Program-made: the position numbers and the translations under genes | IMG/VR virus record: IMGVR_UViG_3300034356_000609 | Location: 35,810-99,809 of that record | DNA length: 64,000 bases | Source: a virus | Direction: 5' to 3' (one strand) | Notes under the pieces: model-generated | The model's database searches: none | Told to the model about the DNA's origin: nothing | What the model saw: only the letters and a program-made list of their open reading frames with translations | In this document: positions 48,242 through 56,475 of the stretch, piece by piece | Position numbering within the stretch: position 1 is the stretch's first letter | Layout: each line of letters begins with the position of its first letter

Positions 48242-50248
48242 TTAGTATCTAAAAGGGTTTCTTGTAGTCCTAAATAACTGTTTGGTTTTGGTAGATTTAA
48301 AGTAATCTTTCATACGTGCGTCCTCTGTAGACGACACTATGATAGATTTTCCATTCATCGACTTAGCCATTGCTAGTGTCAAACCAAAAGAAATAACCCT
48401 ATCCACGTTTAGTTTGGGAGTAAACTTAATTAATTCCCTGAGCAATAGTGGATCTAGTATACGACTCACTCCAAGTCTTTCTTTTACTATCGTTCCTTCT
48501 GCATCTGTCTCAACATCAATAACTTCCGTAATGTATTCAATGATTAGAGAGTTTAGATAATCTTTGATGTCTGCCGTCATATGTATACCATACTCACGAT
48601 TCACAGCACTACTAGGGTGTATATCATTTAAGAATGATGGCGTTCTTTCTAAAAAGAAAGGAGCTTCGTTCTTTTCAATACAATGCTGAATAAATCCCAT
48701 ATCCATGTTTTCACATAAACTCTTAGCATTGTAGTACTTAAGAAGCAACTTAGTAGTTTCGTACCATTGTTCTATTTTCTTAGGTCTGCCTGTGTAAGTA
48801 GCTACGACAATGTTAGACCAACCCTCTCCTGCAATATCATGTACTCTCTTATAAATATAAGTAGAACCTAAAGACGTAGAATACTTGGCTTGAGATTGTT
48901 TGTATGGATCCGTTCCTGCCGTGTATAAACCATAAGGAGCATTAGCGATAGGGTATTCCCAAATCTGAACAACACCTTCAAGATTCTCTGTTGGTTTAGA
49001 AGGAAAGTTTGATACGGGTTTCTTTTCGGTAAACTTATGCCCTACCGTGTTGTCTGTCTTAAAAAACAATTCTACATAGTCAGGATTGGCATCTAGTGCT
49101 GTTACCTTCTGCAGTTGCTCTTGCAATAAGTCAACGGGAAAGATATTTTGGGATAATTCTAAAAAGCATTCTTCATGAGTCAAAGGGTAGTACATAATCT
49201 CCTTGAGGTACGCCTCTAGTCCACTAGACTTTTTAATCTGCTCTCTTGCTTTTAGAATTAAGTCTTTTCCCTTTTCTTCGTCTGACAACCAAATCGTTAT
49301 TGAATCTAATTCAGATTCAGTATCTTTCTCCAAATGTAATCCTAGGGGCGTAGGTTGCTTAGGCACTTTCAAAGATTTGGTGCCAGGAATAAATAATCCA
49401 TAAGACTTTCCCGACTCGTTTACATCTACTGCCAAAAAGTTATATGCTTCGGGGTTATTAAAAAGTTCTTCTAAGTCCCCTGCTTTGGTCATATCTCCCG
49501 AAGTCCCAATGACAAAAGGAGAACAACGCCATCCATATGGACTGTCAAAACAAGGAGTAGTTGCCGCCAAGCAGTTGAGAATCTTTCCTTTTCCTCCTTC
49601 CTCCAAGAGAAAAGAAGATAAAGTAAGACCAGCAGCTGCTTCCGTATTGTTGCCTTCGTCAAAGTTTCTGACGTGAAATTTAGACCATTCATGTCGTGCA
49701 TTTTGTTTGTCTTTGTATCCTAAAGTTACTTGTCGTTTCCAATCATCCTCAATACGGGGAAACTTAAAGTACTCTGGAAGATTACGTAAACCTAAGTCTA
49801 CATACTCCGTAATGATTTTTAAATCAGGACCGTTAAGAGCTGATATAAGGTTATCACTTCCTTTCTGTGTTACTGCCTTATGAGTGATATAAGAAGAAGT
49901 AAGTACAGATTTAGAGATACGTCTTGAACCAACCATCACTACACCTTTCTTGCCATCTACGTGAGTTTCGGCCTTTTGTATTGTATCATCTACCGCTAAG
50001 TAAGTATCCCACAGTTGAGGTCTATCTAGCTTTCTAACAGCTCGTTTATTTACTATTGTGTCTACGTAAATAGACCAGTAGTTTAAATGCCAGTAAATAA
50101 AAGGAGAAAAGTAAAATCCATTAATAGTAATGCCGTCAGTAATTTTCTTATCTTCTGACTCCCAGAATGAAGAATACTCCGTTGACTCCTTGTCAGGAAT
50201 AGACTTCATATTGATAAAAAACTCTGGACTATTTAACATATTAGCCAA
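48242..50248 (-). CDS. terL: Terminase large subunit
   Basis: 668 aa; Walker A-like GSRRISKS, Walker B FLLEEGG, coupling motif GTSG, RNase H-like YTAGTDPY and NVDRVISF. Confidence 0.92.
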   Translation of the reverse strand: MANMLNSPEFFINMKSIPDKESTEYSSFWESEDKKITDGITINGFYFSPFIYWHLNYWSIYVDTIVNKRAVRKLDRPQLWDTYLAVDDTIQKAETHVDGKKGVVMVGSRRISKSVLTSSYITHKAVTQKGSDNLISALNGPDLKIITEYVDLGLRNLPEYFKFPRIEDDWKRQVTLGYKDKQNARHEWSKFHVRNFDEGNNTEAAAGLTLSSFLLEEGGKGKILNCLAATTPCFDSPYGWRCSPFVIGTSGDMTKAGDLEELFNNPEAYNFLAVDVNESGKSYGLFIPGTKSLKVPKQPTPLGLHLEKDTESELDSITIWLSDEEKGKDLILKAREQIKKSSGLEAYLKEIMYYPLTHEECFLELSQNIFPVDLLQEQLQKVTALDANPDYVELFFKTDNTVGHKFTEKKPVSNFPSKPTENLEGVVQIWEYPIANAPYGLYTAGTDPYKQSQAKYSTSLGSTYIYKRVHDIAGEGWSNIVVATYTGRPKKIEQWYETTKLLLKYYNAKSLCENMDMGFIQHCIEKNEAPFFLERTPSFLNDIHPSSAVNREYGIHMTADIKDYLNSLIIEYITEVIDVETDAEGTIVKERLGVSRILDPLLLRELIKFTPKLNVDRVISFGLTLAMAKSMNGKSIIVSSTEDARMKDYFKSTKTKQLFRTTRNPFRY

Positions 50249-50555
50249 ACTTACTCATCTTACCATTAATCTCTTGAGAACCTCTCACCTCTGCTTTGGC
50301 TTCTTCCTTCTCACGTAACTTATCTACCACATCCAAGAGTGCTAGATATTCTTTCATAGTGTCTCTAACCGACTTAATTTGTTGTTCTATAGAAGCAATT
50401 ACCATAGGGATAGAACCTCCTTTAGATGTCGGCTTCCACTCTACTCGGTCTTTTAATGAGTGTAGTGGATTTTTATCTACATATTCTCTCCACTCCCCTA
50501 ACTTCTCTTCTGCCCAATCAAGTTCAGTAGATATGTATGATTGTCTTTTAGTCAT
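50241..50555 (-). CDS. Possible terminase small subunit
   Basis: 104 aa helical protein overlapping the terL start; positional inference only. Confidence 0.4.
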   Translation of the reverse strand: MTKRQSYISTELDWAEEKLGEWREYVDKNPLHSLKDRVEWKPTSKGGSIPMVIASIEQQIKSVRDTMKEYLALLDVVDKLREKEEAKAEVRGSQEINGKMSKFG

Positions 50556-50767
50556 TATTGTAAGTATTGGTATTTCTGCATAAACTCATCTTCAGGCATC
50601 TCCATCAAATCTTGCAGCATATTCGAATAAAACAAGTCATTGTCTCCACTTCTCCCATAGACAAACCCTGCCTTCCAAAAAACTTTTGTTACTTCTAACA
50701 ATCTTTCTTGGAAGGTAAGGTTTGACGGGTAGGGTCTTTTGACAGGTTTGGTTGGTTGATTTGTCAT
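50555..50767 (-). CDS. Hypothetical protein
   Basis: 70 aa; stop overlaps the next start. Confidence 0.6.
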   Translation of the reverse strand: MTNQPTKPVKRPYPSNLTFQERLLEVTKVFWKAGFVYGRSGDNDLFYSNMLQDLMEMPEDEFMQKYQYLQ

Positions 50768-50769
50768 AA

Positions 50770-50937
50770 TTACACGGTTGCCTTAATTTCAGGCAATTTA
50801 GAATCAGATGGCATATAGTAAACTTCTACGCCACACTTTGTGCCTTTGTTTCCACCACAACCATTCAAAATCTTGAAGGATTGAGATACTCTAGCAATTG
50901 CACTTTTGCTAGTCTTGGGTTTTCTTAAAGTATTCAT
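50770..50937 (-). CDS. Small hypothetical protein (55 aa; absent from the ORF track)
   Basis: Hand translation MNTLRKPKTSKSAIARVSQSFKILNGCGGNKGTKCGVEVYYMPSDSKLPEIKATV; fills the gap between neighbours with 2-nt and 10-nt spacers. Confidence 0.6.
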   Translation of the reverse strand: MNTLRKPKTSKSAIARVSQSFKILNGCGGNKGTKCGVEVYYMPSDSKLPEIKATV

Positions 50938-50947
50938 AGGGGTAAAG

Positions 50948-51322
50948 TTAATGTTTCTTTGTCCATTTTAATTCCATCTCCTTAGTAGGATTACGTTCAT
51001 TCCAAGTTTCTATACCACAGTTTGATGATAAAGATGCTGTCTTTAACTCTATGAGACAACCACATAGCGAACAGTGAAAGTCTGCTCTTCCTGTAGTGTA
51101 TGGCTTATTGTAGAGTGCCAAGTACTCGGTAGATACTTTAGCATTCCTTGAGTTGTAAGGGCAGTCGATACACTTATCCATTCTATCTGATATAGTGTGT
51201 TTGTCTTCATCGTTTAGTAAATTGAATTCTTTCAAGGTTTTCATGCTGATTCCCTCCACTATCTTGTCCGTATTTTTCACTCCTTGCTTCAGCAACTTGA
51301 TGTAATCTGCAAATGGATTCAT
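50948..51322 (-). CDS. Cys-cluster (probable Zn-binding) protein
   Basis: RMDKCIDCP...HCSLCGCLIELK...NCG...KW. Confidence 0.65.
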   Translation of the reverse strand: MNPFADYIKLLKQGVKNTDKIVEGISMKTLKEFNLLNDEDKHTISDRMDKCIDCPYNSRNAKVSTEYLALYNKPYTTGRADFHCSLCGCLIELKTASLSSNCGIETWNERNPTKEMELKWTKKH

Positions 51323-51773
51323 ATAATTTATCTAGTCTTGTTTCTTTAAACTCTGCTAACCTAAGTCTTTGTTTCTGACTTACGGGCTTTTGAAATATAT
51401 CTAACTCTAAGAGCATGTCCATCTTCTGTATTCCTTGTTGATATACACTCTCAAAGTTGTCGTACATCTTTTTCATTAAAGTGTACTTACGTATTGTGTG
51501 ATATTTAGGAACTCTAAGCATGTAGGCCGTCAACTCTCGAAGCCGTACTACGTTACTATAAAGTATGTTAGGAATGCAGGCAGGATTTGCACGTAGTGAC
51601 CCTAATCCCTTTAAGTATATCTGCTTTGTTTCTGTTTTCTTGAGACCTCGGTAAATCTCGTCTATATAAAAAGAATACACAGCATCTACACTTCCACTTG
51701 TACAATTTAACTCTCGTGCAGCTAAACTATACAAACCAAATACCTTTATCTCTATTTGTAGTTCTTTTCTCAT
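51207..51773 (-). CDS. Possible IHF/HU-like DNA-binding protein
   Basis: 188 aa basic; QIYLKGLGSLRAN resembles the HU/IHF beta-arm motif. Confidence 0.45.
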   Translation of the reverse strand: MRKELQIEIKVFGLYSLAARELNCTSGSVDAVYSFYIDEIYRGLKKTETKQIYLKGLGSLRANPACIPNILYSNVVRLRELTAYMLRVPKYHTIRKYTLMKKMYDNFESVYQQGIQKMDMLLELDIFQKPVSQKQRLRLAEFKETRLDKLYESICRLHQVAEARSEKYGQDSGGNQHENLERIQFTKR

Positions 51774-52165
51774 GCAGGAACTTCAACAGTTTCTTTTACT
51801 TGAGGTTTAACTTCAGCAATTGATTCTTTCTTAGGTTTTCCGTTAGGTAGTTCCAAAGTAAAGTAAATAGTCAACTCACTACGTACGTCATTCTCTGGTT
51901 TAAGTTTAGGATTTATGTTATTCCTTAACAACAACTGCTGCTTACGAAGTTTGGTAATAGAGTTAGAAATTACCTGAATGCTAGTATTGAACTTTAATGC
52001 TATCTCCTTTTTTGTCTCTGAAGTCAATGCCTTTCTAAAAGAAGAGTATGCAAGAATAGTTACTGCTAAATCAGACAGTCTATAACCAGCAAGTCGCAGT
52101 AATACATCAATATAGTCTTTGTGTATTTGAATAGGATCTTGGTACTTACGAAGTAATTTTTTCAT
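51770..52165 (-). CDS. Winged helix-turn-helix DNA-binding protein
   Basis: LSDLAVTILAY...TKKEIALKFNTSIQVISNSITKLRKQQLL; first gene after a promoter. Confidence 0.65.
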   Translation of the reverse strand: MKKLLRKYQDPIQIHKDYIDVLLRLAGYRLSDLAVTILAYSSFRKALTSETKKEIALKFNTSIQVISNSITKLRKQQLLLRNNINPKLKPENDVRSELTIYFTLELPNGKPKKESIAEVKPQVKETVEVPA

Positions 52166-52189
52166 TGGGTTGGTTGTCTTTCAACAACA

Positions 52190-52219
52190 CAAAGATAGCT
52201 TCCTAATAAAAAAAGTCAA
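52190..52219 (-). promoter_or_regulatory. Bacteroidota sigma70-type promoter for the packaging operon
   Basis: Minus strand TTG-N19-TATCTTTG. Confidence 0.8.
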
Positions 52220-52274
52220 GTCCTATGTTATTCTTTTTAACTTAAACAATTAATAACCTAATGCATTAAGTTTA

Positions 52275-52718
52275 TTACTTGTATGTATTAACTGCACGCT
52301 GTAATGACTTTTGTATTGCTTTTGATATGGCCTTTTTATTGTGAGGAATAGCGGTAACCTCTACAAACATTGCATTAACATATATAGTTTGAGTAGATTC
52401 TCCTACTAATATCTTACCCGCCATGTTGACTTGGGTCTGCACAATATATTGTCTTTTTAGGAATTGGATTCCAATAATGTTGACTAATTGCTCAGGCATT
52501 GCTACAGAGTTAATATCTGCAGTTATAATCTGACCTGTATCACATAGACTGTAACCTTTAGAGATTATCTCTTCTAGGGTGGTTTGAATTCCAAATAACA
52601 GGGGTTTGTTTGCAATAGTTTGGACTGAGGAAGTGTTTGTTACAGTGTCTACTTTGTAACATTGTGCGGAAAGACTTAGAGTCAAGAGACAAGCGGAGAG
52701 TATAATGAGTTTTTTCAT
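52275..52718 (-). CDS. Exported protein, unknown function
   Basis: Sec signal peptide MKKLIILSACLLTLSLSA followed by Q, as is typical of Bacteroidota exported proteins. Confidence 0.7.
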   Translation of the reverse strand: MKKLIILSACLLTLSLSAQCYKVDTVTNTSSVQTIANKPLLFGIQTTLEEIISKGYSLCDTGQIITADINSVAMPEQLVNIIGIQFLKRQYIVQTQVNMAGKILVGESTQTIYVNAMFVEVTAIPHNKKAISKAIQKSLQRAVNTYK

Positions 52719-52720
52719 AG

Positions 52721-53704
52721 TTAATAAGTTACTTGAGATGAATACCCAGGGGCTATTAGGTAAAGGTTTAGAGTTCCTCCTGAGGTTAAAGTTGTTGTTG
52801 TGTACGTATTAACTCCAGGGTAAGTCGCACGTACGTTTGTCTTTGCAGCTTTAATAGCGTTGTATTCACTTAAAGTAAAGATACGAACATCAGGTGCTAT
52901 TCTCCACTTAGAGAATCTTCCAGCCTTTCTTGCTGCCACGTAATATTTATCGGCCACAGAGATTACCCCGTCATCGTTGACATCAAACATATGAAAGGAT
53001 AAACCGTTCCTAACAGTCTTGTTTAAGACTACATTAGATACTGCTTGGATGTCTGAGCTTGTGTAGGCTTGTACTCTAGTGGGAGCACTTATCTCTATGT
53101 AATATTCTTTAGAAGGGTCATAAGCCTCAGATATAGAATAGTAACCCGAAGAGTTAGTATAGATGGTTTTATATAGTGCCCAAGAAGAAGTAGTTACTAC
53201 ATAGTTAAATTCTAGCACATAAGGTAATGAAACATTGTTAGGTAAGTCATTCCACTTACCGTTAGACACAAATTGTACATAGTCTTCGTTACCTGCGTTG
53301 TTTGGTTCTCCAGAGTTCCAGTTTTTATAAGAGTAAGTTTCTCCTGTCACCCATCTCCAAGTCCCTTCTGTCACTTCATCTGTTAATCCTATCCATCCAG
53401 AAGGCCATATATTAAATATAAAACTTTGTTCAGCTGCAGTAGTAATAGTTACTAGATAACCACCCATAGCTGCACAGTTAGATCTAGCAGTAGTCCAAGT
53501 AGCAGTTCCTGTAGAACGATAATAAGAGTGTCCGTTATAGTTCTGCTGGTTGGTAAATCCTGTAATGGTTGAGTTAGTTCTTCTGTAAAGCTTTACAGCC
53601 ACATTAGAAGCACCAGAACCATTTGCGTTATACAAGTACCCCGAATAGTTAAATTGAGCTGTTAGAGAACTTGTAATAAAGAATAGAACGATTATCCATT
53701 TCAT
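52721..53704 (-). CDS. Exported C-type lectin domain protein with dockerin-like domain
   Basis: Signal peptide ending LTA-Q; YNGHSYY...WIGLTD...GEPNN...WNDL lectin motifs; DVNDDGVISVAD Ca-binding loop. Confidence 0.85.
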   Translation of the reverse strand: MKWIIVLFFITSSLTAQFNYSGYLYNANGSGASNVAVKLYRRTNSTITGFTNQQNYNGHSYYRSTGTATWTTARSNCAAMGGYLVTITTAAEQSFIFNIWPSGWIGLTDEVTEGTWRWVTGETYSYKNWNSGEPNNAGNEDYVQFVSNGKWNDLPNNVSLPYVLEFNYVVTTSSWALYKTIYTNSSGYYSISEAYDPSKEYYIEISAPTRVQAYTSSDIQAVSNVVLNKTVRNGLSFHMFDVNDDGVISVADKYYVAARKAGRFSKWRIAPDVRIFTLSEYNAIKAAKTNVRATYPGVNTYTTTTLTSGGTLNLYLIAPGYSSQVTY

Positions 53705-55149
53705 ATCTTAAGCTTACCTCCCATTAAGATTTGATAGTTAACTACATTTTGGTTTGCTATGTAAGTTCCTCCACCTGTAAGTCCAAACTTAAATGTCTTG
53801 GTGATTGAGTAGTTAATGTTTAAGAACGGAACCACTATGGGTTGACTCTCAAACAAACTCTCTGTATAGTATTTTGTGTAAGGAGCATAAACAGCCGCAG
53901 CAATAACAGTAGCGTCTAGATGTTTAGTAAGTTTTCCCTTATACATAAATCCCCCTATAATCATAGTAGAGATCATTTCTTCTTGAAATAACTGCCCGTA
54001 AGAACCTGCAGCCCCATAAAGTGCAGTAAAGTTCTTCATAGAGTTTACTCTTACAAAAAGTAAAGATGAAGTATAAGACTTAGGCATTAACCCTAATCCT
54101 GCTGAAAGTACATTAATGTGTTTATATCCCTTAGAGTTAGTTCCTATCCAAGATTTTATTGCTCCTATGTTTCCTATCTTAGCATTAACCATATAATCAG
54201 CAGACAACCCTAGAGACGCTGTGCCATCTCCTTTTACTTTAGTAAAAGACATGGTGCCTCTAGCATCTTGATTACTGCTTCGAGCTGTTTGGATTCCTAC
54301 GATATCCCCAGTAACTAAGATAGCAGGCTTTTGGGTCTCTACTTTACCCTTAGCAGCAGCCTTTGCCGTAGTACCTCCACCAGCTTGTTGGGTTTCGGTC
54401 TTTTGCTCCTCTACTTGTTCGGGAGTTTTTTCTTCAGGCTTTTTATCAGTTCCACCACCTGAACCACCCCCTCCGCCAGAACCATTGCTACCGTTGCCAG
54501 AAGAAGAACCAGAGCTACTCCCAGAGCTGCTCCCAGAACCACTAGAGCCGCTAGAATTATTATTTGCATTGCTTCCGTCATTATTTACTTGTCCTTCGGA
54601 CGACCCCACGGATCCTTGTCCAGATGATTGGTCACCTGAGTTAGAAGAATTCCCAGAAGTACTAGTAGTGTTATTACTTCCATCACCACTAGACTTGTCG
54701 TTCGATTTTCCATTTTTAGTACGTACATTAACTCCCGATGTCCCCGAAGTAGTAGTTCCTCCTACGGAAGTTCCAGAACCCAGAGAAGTCGAAGATAAGT
54801 CTAAACTCGTTAAAGAGTTCAAGGTCATTACATTATTTACTAAACCCATTACCGTATTGGTTGAGGTTGTAGTTGTAGTTGTGGCTAGTACACCATCACA
54901 AGGTTTGGTTGTACGGAAGTTTGTGTAAGTAGAATTTAACCAAGAGTCAAACGTACCATCTTGCAATTCTGTGTAAGAAAAAGCCCTTACTTGTCCATAG
55001 TACGACACCATTATAGGTGTGTTCATATCTGCACTAATGAACTTTAACTCCTTAGTGCAAGGGTCTGTGTAACTGTACATAAAGGACTGAGCTTTTAAAC
55101 TCAGTCCCATTATGACAAATAAAAGTAATATGTTAACTCTTAAAGACAC
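53701..55149 (-). CDS. Exported protein with Ser/Gly linker and probable outer-membrane beta-barrel
   Basis: Signal peptide ending LKA-Q; long S/G/N low-complexity linker; about 200 C-terminal residues of alternating amphipathic strands ending QILMGGKLKI. Confidence 0.65.
   Translation of the reverse strand: MSLRVNILLLFVIMGLSLKAQSFMYSYTDPCTKELKFISADMNTPIMVSYYGQVRAFSYTELQDGTFDSWLNSTYTNFRTTKPCDGVLATTTTTTSTNTVMGLVNNVMTLNSLTSLDLSSTSLGSGTSVGGTTTSGTSGVNVRTKNGKSNDKSSGDGSNNTTSTSGNSSNSGDQSSGQGSVGSSEGQVNNDGSNANNNSSGSSGSGSSSGSSSGSSSGNGSNGSGGGGGSGGGTDKKPEEKTPEQVEEQKTETQQAGGGTTAKAAAKGKVETQKPAILVTGDIVGIQTARSSNQDARGTMSFTKVKGDGTASLGLSADYMVNAKIGNIGAIKSWIGTNSKGYKHINVLSAGLGLMPKSYTSSLLFVRVNSMKNFTALYGAAGSYGQLFQEEMISTMIIGGFMYKGKLTKHLDATVIAAAVYAPYTKYYTESLFESQPIVVPFLNINYSITKTFKFGLTGGGTYIANQNVVNYQILMGGKLKI
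54450..54800. repeat. Low-complexity Ser/Gly-encoding tract
   Basis: Imperfect repeats such as ccagagctactc/ccagagctgctc encoding SSGSSSGSSSG...GGGGGSGGG. Confidence 0.7.
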
Positions 55150-55825
55150 CGTTCTTGATAAGGTTTTCGATCACTTTAGTTGTAGCAGTTTCAAGTGATT
55201 TACGAGTAGCCTTACCTACTGTGCTTTGCGAGAATTTCATTCCGTCTAGCGACTTTAAGAAAGATTCCCCTGTTTTAGTGGATTCTCCTTCTCCAGACCC
55301 AATAAAGATTTGACCTGTCTTTGCATCTACAAAACGAACCTGCAAACGGATAAAAGTAGTCACGACTACCTTTGCTTTAGCTCCTTCTACAGTCTCGTCT
55401 TCGTCAACGGCAAAGTCTGCAACTGTCACATACACAAAGTATTGTGCAGCTTTAATCTTTCCTTTACCATCAATAGGTTCTTCAAAAACTCCTTTTTTAG
55501 AAGCTTTGAATTGGGTTACCATCCTTTCCTTGATTTCTCCCTTCTCCTCAGTAAATACAAAACGATTTGTCTCATCTAAATAGTCTAATACGGATTCTGC
55601 AAAACCTAAGCCGACATTCTTCTCTTGTAAGTCAGGATACATAGCCAATACTTTGGTCATGTCCATACTGATTACTTGTACTGTTCTTTTAACAGAGTCA
55701 GTGTAACCAGACACAGTAGAAATGTCTGCTTTCTCAATAACCTCATCCTCGGTTGTGGTCTTCATAGAACCACAACCATAGATAAGAATTATTAATAGTA
55801 GGCTACCAAGGATCTGATTCCTCAT
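55133..55825 (-). CDS. CsgG/HfaB-like lipoprotein
   Basis: Start reassigned to MRNQILGSLLLIILIYGCG (lipobox Cys); TNRFVFTE...KIKAAQYFVYVTVADF...LQVRFVDAKTGQI is the CsgG/TolB-N-like pattern. Confidence 0.75.
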   Translation of the reverse strand: MRNQILGSLLLIILIYGCGSMKTTTEDEVIEKADISTVSGYTDSVKRTVQVISMDMTKVLAMYPDLQEKNVGLGFAESVLDYLDETNRFVFTEEKGEIKERMVTQFKASKKGVFEEPIDGKGKIKAAQYFVYVTVADFAVDEDETVEGAKAKVVVTTFIRLQVRFVDAKTGQIFIGSGEGESTKTGESFLKSLDGMKFSQSTVGKATRKSLETATTKVIENLIKNGVFKS

Positions 55826-56120
55826 CTGCTTGGGGTTTAGCGGCAGGAGCAGCAGGAGCAGGTGCTGGAGCAGCCTTCTCTTTAATGATGACAGTTTTAC
55901 CACCGCCACCAGTGTTTGCTTGTTGCTTCTGTTCGTTGTTCGTAGTGATGTTAATCACAGGTGCGGGAGCTGCTACTGCAGCTTGTGGTTCAGACTTCTC
56001 TTCCTCTCCACCTAAGTGGGTAGCAAACCATGCACCTCCAGCAGTAATTGCAGTAGTGATGGCTCCAATGATAGTCTTCTTTAAACCAGACATTCCGCCT
56101 TCTTCTTGTTCTTCTGACAT
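55803..56120 (-). CDS. Single-pass membrane protein with Pro/Ala-rich tail
   Basis: Start reassigned to MSEEQ; LKKTIIGAITTAITAGGAWF hydrophobic segment. Confidence 0.65.
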   Translation of the reverse strand: MSEEQEEGGMSGLKKTIIGAITTAITAGGAWFATHLGGEEEKSEPQAAVAAPAPVINITTNNEQKQQANTGGGGKTVIIKEKAAPAPAPAAPAAKPQADEESDPW

Positions 56121-56124
56121 AATA

Positions 56125-56475
56125 TTATGAATTAGTTGTGTTTGACAAAGATACACCATCCTCCTCATCAACTTTTTGGATCAACATTTTGTCCCTGTCT
56201 TCAGAGTTGAACCAGTAGTCAACTACTTTGTTCAAGTTACCTACAAAAGCTCCTAAGAGGATAAGCAACATTTCTTTCCAGTCTTCTCCAATGGATGCTC
56301 CTACAAAGACAGCAGCATTAATACCTACAATGATTAAGGTAAACAAACCTAACACAATGGCGGTAATTTTCCAACGATTAGCCTGCATCTGTTGCAACAT
56401 GTAGTAGAAACGATTGTTGTCTGCTACTACTACGGGTTCTGCTTGGCCAAAACCAAGTTTTTCTTTTAAGTTCAT
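56125..56475 (-). CDS. Two-pass membrane protein
   Basis: ITAIVLGLFTLIIVGINAAVFV and MLLILLGAFVGNL, followed by VVDYWF. Confidence 0.7.
   Translation of the reverse strand: MNLKEKLGFGQAEPVVVADNNRFYYMLQQMQANRWKITAIVLGLFTLIIVGINAAVFVGASIGEDWKEMLLILLGAFVGNLNKVVDYWFNSEDRDKMLIQKVDEEDGVSLSNTTNS

Noticed and set aside
42856-50248. Introns or inteins in terL, portal or major capsid genes
   Set aside because: ORFs are continuous and of ordinary length; no intein termini or homing endonuclease motifs seen.
55133-56120. Overlapping membrane protein and lipoprotein genes as an i-spanin/o-spanin pair
   Set aside because: The lipoprotein is 230 aa with a CsgG-like pattern, and the membrane protein lacks the long periplasmic coiled coil of i-spanins.
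55826-56171. Tracked starts at 55909 and 56171
   Set aside because: They create long overlaps and bury the lipoprotein signal; ATGs at 55825 and 56120 fit better.
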